DNA of 63,763 bases, filler included, from Phoronis australis (lineage: Eukaryota; Animalia; Phoronida), in assembly GCA_002633005.1 (NCBI GenBank). It is 7 parts of 7 records of this genome, joined end to end, with 100 filler letters (N's around TTAATTAATTAA, not from the genome) between each part and the next. Parts side by side here need not be neighbours in the genome. Positions count along the whole stretch, not along the records: positions 34,996 to 40,585 come from NMRA01002308.1; positions 40,686 to 47,586 come from NMRA01002095.1; positions 47,687 to 52,990 come from NMRA01002368.1; 4 more parts are not named here. One strand, written 5' to 3'. Positions 39,890 to 51,320 of the stretch are shown one piece after another. Position 1 is the first letter of the stretch. Each line of letters begins with the position of its first letter. The notes under the pieces are model-generated. The model made no database searches. It was not told where the DNA came from and saw only the letters and a list, made by a program, of their open reading frames with translations. A program made the position numbers and the translations under genes.

Positions 39890-40400
39890 AATTTATTTAT
39901 TGAGGACACAATACATGTTTAGCAAAGTCCCGATACATCATGGTCCTCAAAGATTTTAAAATCATCTCATTTATGGTTCAATGTTGTCATCGGGCTTTCC
40001 ATAGTGGACGGCGAGTGCTGTTCCAAAAGGATTTTAAAGGGGCTCCTATGTTTAGCTTTAACGATATTGTGAGGAACGTCTTGACAGCTGTTGGTGCACA
40101 GTAGGCGGGGCTACTTTTTGGAAACGAAGAGGTTGAGATTTAAAATCTTGTTTAGGCGTGCACCAACTTCAAAATTGAATATTTCTGAACTATTGGCAGG
40201 CACTGTATTATTTGAAAATATAACTATATTCATCTGTAGTTTGCCACAAAGAACTGAATTCAGACGACAATATTGTCTCTGACTTGTTGAAAACATTCCT
40301 TGTCAAAGAACTGAATTCAGACCACAATATTGTCTCTGACTTGTTGAAAACATTGCTTGTCAAAGAACTGTGGATCATTCCACGATGATGTGTAAGTTCA
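39890..40400 (-). mobile_element. Decayed LINE (L2/CR1 group) 3' end, next to a (TAT)n microsatellite
   Basis: Minus fragments AYCAP and DVPHNIVKAKHRSPFKILLEQH resemble the L2 C-terminal Y.AP.LWN.LP..I.....FK..LK motif. An (AATA)n-like tail lies at ~39890, with an internal ~55-bp duplication at 40247-40370. Confidence 0.55.
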
Positions 40401-40685
40401 AAAATTGCTTTAAGTTGAACTATGCAGGCAGATATTTTTCGACAACTAACGACTAGTCGGCTGCGGTCACCAGGTCATTAGAATAGTTGGTAACGGACAT
40501 ACAAAATGAAACGATTTTACGTGGAATGGGCCCCCAATATTCTTAGAAAAGCGCAATGATTTAACAAAATGACTTGAACTAGGTTNNNNNNNNNNNNNNN
40601 NNNNNNNNNNNNNNNNNNNNNNNNNNNNNTTAATTAATTAANNNNNNNNNNNNNNNNNNNNNNNNNNNNNNNNNNNNNNNNNNNN

Positions 40686-42430
40686 CATAAAAAAATAAAA
40701 CTGCCACTAGGGGGCACACCGGTAGTCAGATCTGTCCGAAAGTTCGCTCATGCCGTCCCAACCATAACAGGAATATGAGACCCACCACGACAAAATGAGG
40801 CTTAAGTCGGAAACTCTAATTTCTGACTAGACTGCAAACAGTCGCTATCGGTTAAAATTAGGTCAAATTTTTTTATTGCAGATTATGATTATCTATTCAT
40901 TCTACTTCACAAAACAATAGTTTAAAACAAGCAAACTTCATTTTAAATCTTATTTATTTCATTTTGAAAAAGATCACCTTCTCCACGACTGCATATTTCG
41001 TGAAATTTTCATCGAAATTTGTCGGTTTTCGTGTCCTCATTGCTCCGATGACCCAATTTGCTCGCAAACACATCAACAGAAAGGTCAAACTCTGCTCATT
41101 ATGCATGTAATAAGCTCTTTGAGTTTTTCGTCCAATCATCAGTCGTTATTTCACTTTTTGCATTTGGGGTATTTTCAACAAAAGTGCCACTCACCAGTCT
41201 TTTAGCTAGCAATGACCTTTTAACCCAATGCATCGCTGACCTCATTCGCTAGAACTAGTTAAGTGGGCGTGAAACTATGGGGTCGCGAGGTCACGGCATG
41301 TTTACAAGACAGTAAGATGGATGGTTGCCGTGTAGCTGATATCTCAGTGATTAACTCTTGCCTCTGACTGCTGTATCACGATCAGCGAAAATTAACTGAA
41401 CTCATCAAATACCACATTTGTTGATGGAGACAAGGAGGAATTTCGTGACAGCGACGAGTCGTCTGACAGCAGCAACTCGTCGCCAGATGAGTTTCATGAT
41501 CGACCCATCGCGAATATGGTTACGTTGGATTCCAAGTCGTTGGATTGGAACAAACAGAACTTGCAAAGCCAGTGAATCGGGGTGCAAGCGGCCGAATATT
41601 ACTGCAAGAGAGAACAATCTTCGATAGGGCTGAATCACTCGGCGAGAAGTCCAGAAAATCGTTGCTCTTCAGTCAGTGTCAGTGGACTTGGATAGGGATG
41701 AGCGATTGTCATTTTCTTCAAAATTATTCACACTAGCATAAAATTTTGAGTTATTTTGAACAAAGGTCAGCCACAAACATGTATTTTATAATCTACAGGA
41801 CTTCCTTTTATTAAACTTCTCCAAAATACACTTTAACTACTTGTTTTACTTGCGGTAACCCCTCCTGCCACAAGTGGACTGACCCTGTATACCTTAGCTG
41901 GGAAATTTATTGACCCAGTTGCAGCAACCCAACATGAATATTTTTGGCTGAGATTACATAATAAGGTCTACATTTTTTCTAATTTTTGATTAATTTTATT
42001 TGTTTATGTTGTGTATACTAATAAGTCTGAAATTTAGCATTTAACTGCAGATTGCTATGGAAATTTTAAAGACACCATCGGCACTTTTTGCTGGCCATTT
42101 TCCTTGACTTCTGAAAGCTCTAAATTTTCGCTTTCCCCGACTAGAATTGGCAATAACTCGGTCATTTGTGAAGATAAGGACATGTTTCATACCTCAAAAT
42201 GATCAGAAAATACAGTATTTTCAGAAAAAAATAACAATTAAAAAAATGACAAATCCCGACTTGAGACTCATTTTGTGGTGGTGGGTCACATATATGTGCA
42301 AAATGTCATGAACGTACATCAAAGGATTTTGGAGTTAGAGCAGCGGACGCCGGACGCAGGATGGACCTATGCCGGATGGATGCCAGACGGACGGAGATGA
42401 CGGCACAATGCGTCCACATATAAATATTTA
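40686..42430 (-). mobile_element. HINE family C copy interrupted by an ATAT-flanked element
   Basis: 40686-40772 and 42294-42430 rejoin to match 23885-24070, including the GGAC microsatellite and 5' end. Confidence 0.8.
40777..42289. mobile_element. Non-autonomous DNA transposon with ATAT TSD (Sola1-like)
   Basis: ATAT|GAGACCCACCACGACAAAATGAG ... CTCATTTTGTGGTGGTGGGTCAC|ATAT. AWWT 4-bp TSDs are characteristic of Sola1. An acidic ORF remnant (DGDKEEFRDSDESSDSSNSSPDE) lies at ~41420-41570. Confidence 0.7.
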
Positions 42431-42623
42431 TGAACAAAATAAAATTAAAAATGATCCTGTTTTTTTCCACGGTCACTTTTGACCTTGAAACATGGAAGCT
42501 AATGGTTAAATTGCTATTAATGTTTTTCTTTTACACCATCACTGTTATTATCATGTTAGTACATATCACTGTCGGTATTGTTGCTATTAGAATGTGTTAA
42601 TACATAACTCAGAGGTCACTCAC

Positions 42624-42739
42624 TTTTAGGTGCTCCAAACAAAACAGCGTCCATTGCCTTCAAGCCGAGTTTCTGTTTGTGCACTGGATTCTTGATTCCC
42701 AAAATTCCACTAATGAACTGGTTGTTGGCAGCAGCCAAT
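42624..42739 (-). CDS. STIM1: Stromal interaction molecule (STIM) internal exon, C-terminal half of luminal SAM domain
   Basis: Encodes (R)LAAANNQFISGILGIKNPVHKQKLGLKAMDAVLFGAPK, matching the STIM SAM motif RLA......LGI.D..H.QKL.LKA.D.VLFGPP. Canonical TTTTCTGTACAG| and |GTGAGT sites; 116 nt, phase 2 to 1. Other exons were not found in the window. Confidence 0.92.
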
Positions 42740-43777
42740 CTGTACAGAAAAACAAGATTTAGGCATTTAGAATACTGTCTGGAACCACACATAGCTCGTT
42801 GACACTGCTCTGCAAATTGTGGTCTAATCTCATTAATTAGGGACAAAATATGAAGATGAAGTGAATTTTTTTCTCATTTTTTCATAAAAGATGTGTAGCA
42901 TTAAATTAACACCTTTCCAAGTTCAAGTTCTGTTACCATAGCTACCACCATAAAAAGTTGTGGGCATTCACAAGAATGTTAGAAGTTGTTGAAAAATGAA
43001 AAAACACACCAATTTTCACAACTACGTTTACTCAAAATGTGTTACACTTTGTAACTGAAAAGATTGCATTCTAATTGTAATAAAGACATGTGATGGCAGA
43101 TGGCAAGGATGTGTTTGTTGTATTTCATTGACCAACTCAAAGTAAATTCTGGTCATAAAACATAGACAGCAACAAGAAGAGAATAAACGCAGGTTCTGTA
43201 CCAGAAATAACATAAATAAAACACCACTGTAAACATAACTATTAAATAATCATCAGCAAATGTATCCCTAAGAAACGAACCAAAAGCACAAAGTTAATAA
43301 CATTGTTAACATAGTGCATAGTACCAAGTCAACAAATACTGCTATTATAATTCATGGTTGCCTCACCAATTTTCAAGAAGTCTTCAAATTGAACAAAAAG
43401 CAAAACAAAACAAACTGCAATGCAATGTGCAAAGTTGTAAGAAAAAGTAGAACTTGTAGTACATGTTAGAGCAGGCCGTCTGAGAACTGTTAGATGTTGC
43501 CATGTTTGATGGCTTGCAATGTATACAAACAGCAGTACTGTCTTAAGGGCTACTCATGTCTTTAACCACACAAAAACACTCCATCTTAGTAAATCAATGA
43601 CTATATTGAAAAAAACAAATAGAAATAAAACAATAGCCTGGTAAATTAAATCATTGAATTCATTTGAAATTTGAGGACTTCTAGATTTTGAAAGGAGTAG
43701 GAAAGACATTCGAAGTTTTGTCTTCAAGTTATGCCAAACAACATCTGATCCATTTATCACTGCATGGTGGCAACATG

Positions 43778-43895
43778 CTAACGTTCCCTGTAGGTGGCTC
43801 TGATGTCAGCCTTGGGTACATCCCTCAGTACATACGCTTGTCTGGAGACTAGCTCAGACATGTTCAAGTGTTTCCGATATTGGTACAATGCTAAC
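43778..43895 (-). CDS. Candidate alternative terminal exon in the STIM intron
   Basis: Acceptor CTTGTGCTTGTTTACAG|. In phase 2 it reads (R)LALYQYRKHLNMSELVSRQAYVLRDVPKADIRATYRER*. Confidence 0.3.
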
Positions 43896-45917
43896 CTGTA
43901 AACAAGCACAAGAGCACGAAGGAAAAAGAGAGAGATGTTTTGGAACTGATGTCCACAGATTGATCCCATATCACCTTTTTTACAAAAATTATTCGCGCAA
44001 GTCTAAGTACAGCTTAGAACGGAATGTGTCTAACAGGAATCTGGGCACCTCATCAATAATAATTCAGGACTTCAGTTTTAGCAGTCCAAGAACTTATCAC
44101 TAATTTTAGACTGATCTAAAAACTTGTTCATGTATTCAATGACCAAGTGAAAACAAGGCAAGTTAAATAACAGACAAGTGTGATCACTAGAATTGAGTTG
44201 TCAGACAAGGTTCTCAGCACAAAATGTGACGAAAAATGTTGTGTTCCGCTGGACAACAGCAATGTCAGAGTGCACATTCATCACTTTTCAACACAGAAAA
44301 AATGATCATACAACATGATGGACGACGATAACCAGAAACCTTGGCAGGCCTACTATAAGACAAGTCTAAAGCTTCTAGCTAACTGATAATTGGTAATTGA
44401 TTTTTCTATGTTCATACACACCATACCTCCAAATATGTAACTAAAATTATCATAAACTTTCACCATTTTAAATCAGTGACTAAACAAGAACCCGAACTAG
44501 CAGAAGGCCAGACTTGACATGTCATGTAAACCTTGGCTGCATCTGTTGATATGATTCTCTCTTATTGTCATGTGCATGAACTTTTCAGCACAATACTTGA
44601 AACTTTCCTTAAATTATTTGTACTTTTTAATGAACTTTTCAATGAGACTGAAAGTTAAATCGACTGTAAATGAAGTGGAGACAGTCATTATGTTGCCATC
44701 TGTAGCCTCACTTTCATAATTCACATGTCTTGAATGAATGCTTTGTTACAAGAATCAATAGTTAATGGCACAAACCTATTATTCCACTAAATTGAAGTTG
44801 TTAAAAAAGGTTAAACAAACAAAATAAACTGCCAACCATGTGGCAACTAATAAAACAATACACCAGTCATCTGACACAGAGCAGGAACAGCACATAAAAC
44901 TGTTTAGTACACTGTATATGGCTGTCTGTACAATGTATATACTGCAACACTCCATAGGGGATGATATGAATCAAAAAGGCGTACCTTGAGGTTGTCAGTG
45001 TACAGCCCTTTCATCCGAGAACCTCAAGGAACAGGTTTTTGGTTTCAAAAGAGACCTACGGTGTTTTCTCTATTAATTCGTACACTCTATTAGTTCGTAC
45101 AGGACCCTTGAAACATGCTGTTTGTCTCCAATAGTTCGTACAGTAGGAGTCCGAGGGAAAAATAGTTCGTACACATATTTGCGTCGGAAAAAATAATTCG
45201 TACCAGCTTTTTGGATCGGTAAAATGGAAATGTTCCTTTTTATAAAAGAACACAAATCAATAAGCGCCAATCTATTCAGGTGATCGGATTCCGTTATGTG
45301 CTTTACTACGCTAGCATAGAGCTCGAAAAGTCGTTTTTCAGATCACCATTTTTGGCGACAGAAAATGTGGAAATAGCGATAAGATTTTCCAATGTGTCGC
45401 CAAATGGTAGTAAAACTGTCATAACAACGGATTTTCCCACCAAGGTTCTGTTAGATTAGTACTACACGAATAAATTTACAAAAGTGCGGAGTAACAATAG
45501 CGTGCCGTCCCGTAGTAGTGTTAGAGCTGATTCCGGTGACTGTAGTGCGCAGACGACAAATGACTATGCAGCGCTCCAGTTTGATTGCAACTATTCTCAC
45601 GTCGCGACGTGCACGCGTGCAATCATCACGTGTTGCAGAGGTTACATCATCAGTATTAAATTTATGGCCAGAGTGGTCATGTGACATGAGTAGAAGTATG
45701 TGCGTATTAGCTGTAAAGTACTGAGTTCAGAGTTGAGTTGTTTGACGAAATAAATGTTTGAAAAACTAATTCAGGCGTTTTTTATGGTTGGGAATGTTTA
45801 TGTTCTAGACTTCGCAAACCAATGAATTGTCAACGTAAGGTTTAGTGCGGCTGTCTTATCTCAAACGCCCTGCACGGCTAACTTCAGTTGCCATTGCGAG
45901 AAACACGGTACGTAAGG

Positions 45918-46058
45918 AAGATGAGAATGGGAGGTAAGCAGACATGAGCCAGTCGTCAATCAAAAGATGAGAATGGGAGGTAAGCAGACATGAGCCAGTC
46001 GTCAATCAAAAGATGAGAATGGGAGGTAAGCGGACATGAGCCAGTCATCAATCAAAAG
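45918..46058. repeat. 46-bp tandem repeat, 3 copies
   Basis: AAGATGAGAATGGGAGGTAAGCAGACATGAGCCAGTCGTCAATCAA x3. Confidence 0.95.
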
Positions 46059-46273
46059 TTACTGCAAGGGTATTACTCAACAGCAAGTATTTGCTTAATA
46101 TTTTATGACTTTGACTCGGGATGAGTCTTAAGAACGCGTACAGTGGGGGTCCTAGGGAAAAAAATTTCGTACAGTAGGTAGTCGAGCAAAAAATAGTACG
46201 TACACATATCTTTGTCTGTAAAAATAACTTGTAAACAAATCGCCAATTATTCGGGTAATCGATAGCCGCGGTA

Positions 46274-46830
46274 AGTTAGTTACTTGAGCTCTAACCAGTG
46301 ATGACCACTCAGCGAGTACGCGCTAGTTAGTGACTTGAGCTCTAACCAGTAATGACCACTCAGCGAGTACGCGCTAGTTAGTGACTAGCTCTAACCAGAA
46401 ATGACCACTCAGTCAGTACGCGCTAGTTAGTGACTAGCTCTAACCAGAAATGACCACTCAGTCAGTACGCGCTAGTTAGTGACTAGCTCTAACCAGAAAT
46501 GCCCACTCAGCGAGTACGCGCTAGTTAGTGACTAGCTCTAACAAGAAATGCCCACTCAGCGAGTACGTGCTAGTTAGTGACTAGCTCTAACCAGTAATGC
46601 CCACTCAGCGAGTACGTGCTAGTTCGGTGTCGGTTATAATCAACTCGGCGCTAGACATTCGCGACCTGAAATTTGGAAATGCAAGCCAAGACTGGTCATC
46701 TCATATATGTTGCAACATGCAACCTGGAAATTCTCAAGNAGCTCTAACCAGAAATGCCCACTCAGCGAGTAAGTGCTAGTTAGTGACTAGCTCTAACCAG
46801 TAATGCCCACTCAGCGAGTACGTGCTAGTT
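46274..46830. repeat. 49-51-bp minisatellite, ~9 copies in two blocks
   Basis: Unit CTAGTTAGTGACTAGCTCTAACCAG(A/T)AATG(A/C)CCACTCAGCGAGTACGCG. The flank is duplicated across the single N at 46739. Confidence 0.93.
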
Positions 46831-47686
46831 CGGTGTCGGTTGTAGTCAACTCGGCGCTAGACATTCACGACCTGAAATTTGGAAATGCAAGCCAAGACTG
46901 GTCATCTCATATATGTTGCAACATGCAACCTGGAAATTCTCAAGAACGTGAGCCTAGGCTAGCATTTGGCGGCAAGCAGATACCTGGCACTTGTGCAAAT
47001 CCGGCCGTTATTTGGTTGTTTCCAAATCACGTTGAACACTCGGCCCTCTTATTGAGTTGTAAACGTGTGGAGTATACATGGGATAACGTCTTTGGATAAT
47101 TCAGAATCGATGTTTGACGCGTTTCATTGGTTGGTATTTTCGGCTACTTTTGCAAATTTTTGGACGAGCCGGCAAAAAATTCGGACCATGGCAAAAATAT
47201 GTAATAAATTAAAAATGTCACAGCGATGTTTCATTCACTAATGACCAACTTACCAAATTTATGATGAAAAAACATTTATTTTACATGCAAGCTGTCCTGC
47301 TTGGCCAATTACAATATCCCCAACAATATCATCTCACTGCGGCACTGGTCGATACCACTGTTTGCGCGCAATGTCCCGACAGACCGCTACTTGGAAATGT
47401 GTCTCTTTTTTTATGGCAAGACGGCTAACAAATTCTCCAGCCCTTCTATACTTTCTGGGACAGAGCACACGCGTATGTATGAGTCATCTGTCACTCACAT
47501 GTGTTGCTGTCACTGTAACATGCACTCCAGCGATTCAAGTGTGGAAACATACACGCGCGCCACTTCAAAGTTGCACATCAAACGAGNNNNNNNNNNNNNN
47601 NNNNNNNNNNNNNNNNNNNNNNNNNNNNNNTTAATTAATTAANNNNNNNNNNNNNNNNNNNNNNNNNNNNNNNNNNNNNNNNNNNN

Positions 47687-47840
47687 AGAAGAGGAACGTG
47701 AGGAGCGTAAAAGATTGTATGCCAGCCAACAGGAGGAGCTGCAGTCTATGCTGGACAAACACAAGGAAATCAATGAAGACTGGCTCGAGAACAGGAGAAT
47801 TGAGAATGACCGGGAAAGGCGGGAATTAGCCTCATTGCGG
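47687..47840 (+). CDS. Penultimate exon (5'-truncated) of an unidentified coiled-coil protein gene
   Basis: Open from 47688: EEEREERKRLYASQQEELQSMLDKHKEINEDWLENRRIENDRERRELASLR, followed by a phase-0 donor CGG|GTAAGT. Confidence 0.85.
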
Positions 47841-48594
47841 GTAAGTTGTCTGACATGTTAAGCAAGGATCAATTTGTTTAAAATCTGTTTATTTCATCGA
47901 ACAGACCTTACATCAAGTAATACACATGCCTGCCTGCAAATTGAAGTCAAGCAGTAAATGATGTTGTGGTTCCACTTTGTTTGACTTGTTGCAGTAACGA
48001 GTTTGAATTCCACCTTCAGAGTTTGGCTTAGTACTAGCACCGAGTTTTGAAAAATCTGAGCAACAACTTTGAGCTTTTGGGAGATTACTTTTAGCAACTG
48101 CGGGCATTTTGGACTTATGGGAGCAATCCAATGCATTTAATCCAATGCTTAGCACTTGCACTAGCTCCCCATAATGTAAGCACAGGCTTTTGAACGTGTT
48201 CGTGAATTTTGTAATTTCATGGAATTGGCCGGAGTTTTCTGTTCTGGAAAACACTGACACCTAATTGTTTCCCTTTTATCACTTCTAGGCTTTCTGAAAA
48301 GTTGCTTGTAATACGGCATCACTTTAAAGCCACTTAATGGTAGACCGTGCTGAAATCTGTAAGAACAGACCTAACAAAATTCCTTTTCTCTGTCCCCTGA
48401 CTCCTCATGAGTTTTGCTCAGTTTCTACTTTTCATCAATCATGATTTGCACTTTCAAATGACCCCAAACTTCATTTTTTTCTTACAACTTAAAGGATTTA
48501 TGTATGTCACAGAAATTTTGTTTTTATCTTCGACAAACTGAAATCAATATTACCTTGCATAAGAGCCAAGGACTAGAACTAATAAACTAGTGAA

Positions 48595-48676
48595 GTCTCT
48601 CTCTCTCTCTTTCTCTCCCTCNTTAGCCCTCTTTCTCTCTCTCCCTCCCTCCCTCCCTCCCTCCCTCTCTCTCTCT
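48595..48676. repeat. (CT)n/(CCCT)n microsatellite
   Basis: Pure pyrimidine tract. Confidence 0.95.
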
Positions 48677-48894
48677 GACAAGCTGGCTCTTCTGAGTTCA
48701 TAATACCAACAGTAATCCACTTCCTTGTAAACAAATGATAATTTGCTTGTTAAGAGACTGAGAATATAATCAAAGGGTGTCTGACACGAGACAGACAACA
48801 GGGGCGGATCCAGCAATGCAAAAATGGCTGACCAGGGAGCCTTGCTCTTCTGTTATTGCTTTTACAGGTTGTTGACATTGTTTGCTTCTTCCAG

Positions 48895-48999
48895 GCAAAA
48901 GTGATCGCTGATCAAGAGAGACTGATGAAGGAGCAAGATGACTTGGCCATGAAAACGAAAAACCTTCATAGTGTTATGCAGCAGTTCAAGGATGTTTGA
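48895..48999 (+). CDS. Terminal coding exon of the coiled-coil protein gene
   Basis: Acceptor TTGCTTCTTCCAG|; phase 0 reads AKVIADQERLMKEQDDLAMKTKNLHSVMQQFKDV*. A U-rich 3'UTR follows, with AATAAA at ~50361, ~50446 and ~50529. Confidence 0.85.
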   Translation, partial: AKVIADQERLMKEQDDLAMKTKNLHSVMQQFKDV

Positions 49000-49815
49000 A
49001 GGAGCTTACATGAGAGGCTGTGGAATAGTGTACTTTAGAAGTCAGAGCTTTACCTTTTGTTATTTACAGTTGTTTTGTTTGTGTATGTTGGCATTTTTAA
49101 CATCATAAATATTCTAGTTAAATAGTTTTGTTTAATCAATCGTTCATTTGAGATTGGATGACTTATAGGGTATTGATTAATGCAATTCGCACTTAATTGA
49201 AATTTACTGTGTTGATGCAGCGGTTTAAAAGGGTGTTTTAAATTTAATATATTTTGTAAATTATGTAACGTATTTTTTATTGTAAATTTTATTTTTATTT
49301 TAACGTAAATCTGTCTAGTGGTCACTTCAGTACCAAATTAATGGTGTCCAGATTTTGACATTCCAGTAATTAAGTTGTGCATTGTCTTTGTCCAATTGTG
49401 AATTAGGGGCTTTTTGTATATATGAATATTACTTGAATCCGAGTCATGGGCTTTGAGATGTCAATTCCTATGTTGGCCAATAGGTGTCTACTTTGTTACC
49501 ACATATGGGTTAATGTGCAGAAGTATCTGTCTTCAAAGTGGTCAGTTTTCACTGAAGAACCCCCACATGCAATTGACAACTGAGGTTGAAATTATTTCGA
49601 GAAGTGGTTCATTAAAATAATTCACTTCAATTCGTTGCCTGTTTTAAAATCATTATTTTCTGATGTGATGCCATTATTCTTTAGTATACACTGTATATAT
49701 AAAGTTTAAGCAAATGAGATCTGTTTTGTCTTAGTCGTGGGTGGACTTTTGGTCAAGATGTGGAAACATCAATTTTTATACTGACACCATTAAGGTGATT
49801 TCTTCCTGATGTTAA

Positions 49816-50307
49816 GTTTATGTAGGGCCTTATAAACAAGTCAGTTTGTAAAATTATCTACAAACTATGGATTTCTGATAGTTGAAAGCCTGTAGAATTA
49901 TTTTTACTTTTTATCACGGTGCCACTTAGGGAGTCTGGTGACCAAGTGTTTTTATTGTAAAATTTAGCAAAAAAAAAAGATATTTAAGATACATTCATGC
50001 GAATACAACAGTATCAAGATCATGAGTTCCATTTCTACTGAACGTTCAAGATAAAATCTCAAAAGCTCTTCTACAGTTTTGTAAATTGCCTTTTTGTTTT
50101 TATTGATTTTGTGATAAGACTGAGTTCTTAAAAATCATAAAGAATCTGTCTTTGATAGCCCTTCGTGCCAACTTGAAGCATTTTAAAAACAACACCAAAA
50201 CCTGTATAATTTGAAGAACATGGTATCTGAAATTGTCACAGGAATCTGGTCAGCCATTTCTGCGATATAATGTTTCAAATTTTGACATGTGCAGGTCCTA
50301 CATAACC
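49816..50307. mobile_element. TTAA-flanked Kolobok-type MITE in the putative 3'UTR
   Basis: TTAA|GTTTATGTAGGGCCT ... AGGTCCTACATAACC|TTAA. The same right end recurs at 19981-19999. Confidence 0.65.
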
Positions 50308-51320
50308 TTAAATATTGAAAGATCGTCAATCAAGTTCTGCCAGTTGCAGTTGTTTGCTCTAATAAAAATTCAATGTCGAGTGTCCAGAAATTAAGGCTAG
50401 CTGTAACCTAGTGCACGAATTTTGTGCCCTGCAAAATGGTTTCTCAATAAAGGTATTTTATGTGATTTTTGCTTATCATTGTGATTGTATTTTGTTTTGT
50501 AGATTTTAAAAAACCTTTCACTGAACCGAATAAACCCTGTGCACAGTTACTACATGTACATCTACGAACTTAAGACTTAGTGAATGATTATGAGTTGTTT
50601 ATACTGATAATCAGTTATAGTGCATTTAAGGATTACTAATTATTGAGCCATTTTTATTGTTCGTATGGTTCGTGGTATTCCCATGATTCCGCCGATCCTT
50701 CTTTGTTTGAATGCTCTGCCATTTGTCATGACCGAAACGTTTTCCAGTTTGCTTGTACATTCCTCTGACCGACAAGAAACATAGTAATATCTGTGTACCT
50801 GAGCATAAGCTGAGCCAGTGACGTCACTAACTTGCCTAATCCAGAACATTGTGCTGTTCGTTGCTTTTACTGCCGCCCCCGTGCAGCAGACGCATGTGAC
50901 AACTTTTAAATCGGCTATCAATCCGCGTCCCATCCAAAAAGCGAACATGATTTAGATCACCGTTCGCTGTAGAATTGGTCACCTTGCTGAGATGAGAAGT
51001 GATTCATGTGTTTACAAAGGATTGGCACTCGATTTTTCCCCGAAACAGTGCTGAGAGCGTGAAATGGCGCACCGGGACACTGAGCCAATTTCTTCAACTT
51101 GAAAAATCTGGTCTCGAGCAATAACGAAAGTATCGGGCCTTTCGAGGCGAGACCCTAACACTTACTCCAATTTGACTGAGAAACAATTTGGATCTAATTT
51201 CGTAACGGCAAGTCGTTTAAATTAAAATTAAAGGTCATGATGTAAGGCGGGTTGTGCACTACATGTAGGCCTAGCTGTTTTAGACAACGGGGTGATGAAC
51301 CAGTGCCTGCTATCAAAACG

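Noticed and set aside
44335-44400. Upstream STIM exon ending LPR|GT
   Set aside because: In-frame stop within 60 nt and no W/ELPQY motif.
46597-46945. Duplicated ORF MPTQRVRASS..
   Set aside because: A ~140-bp near-duplicate straddling a single-N gap beside a minisatellite. Likely an unmerged overlap; the ORF starts inside the repeat.
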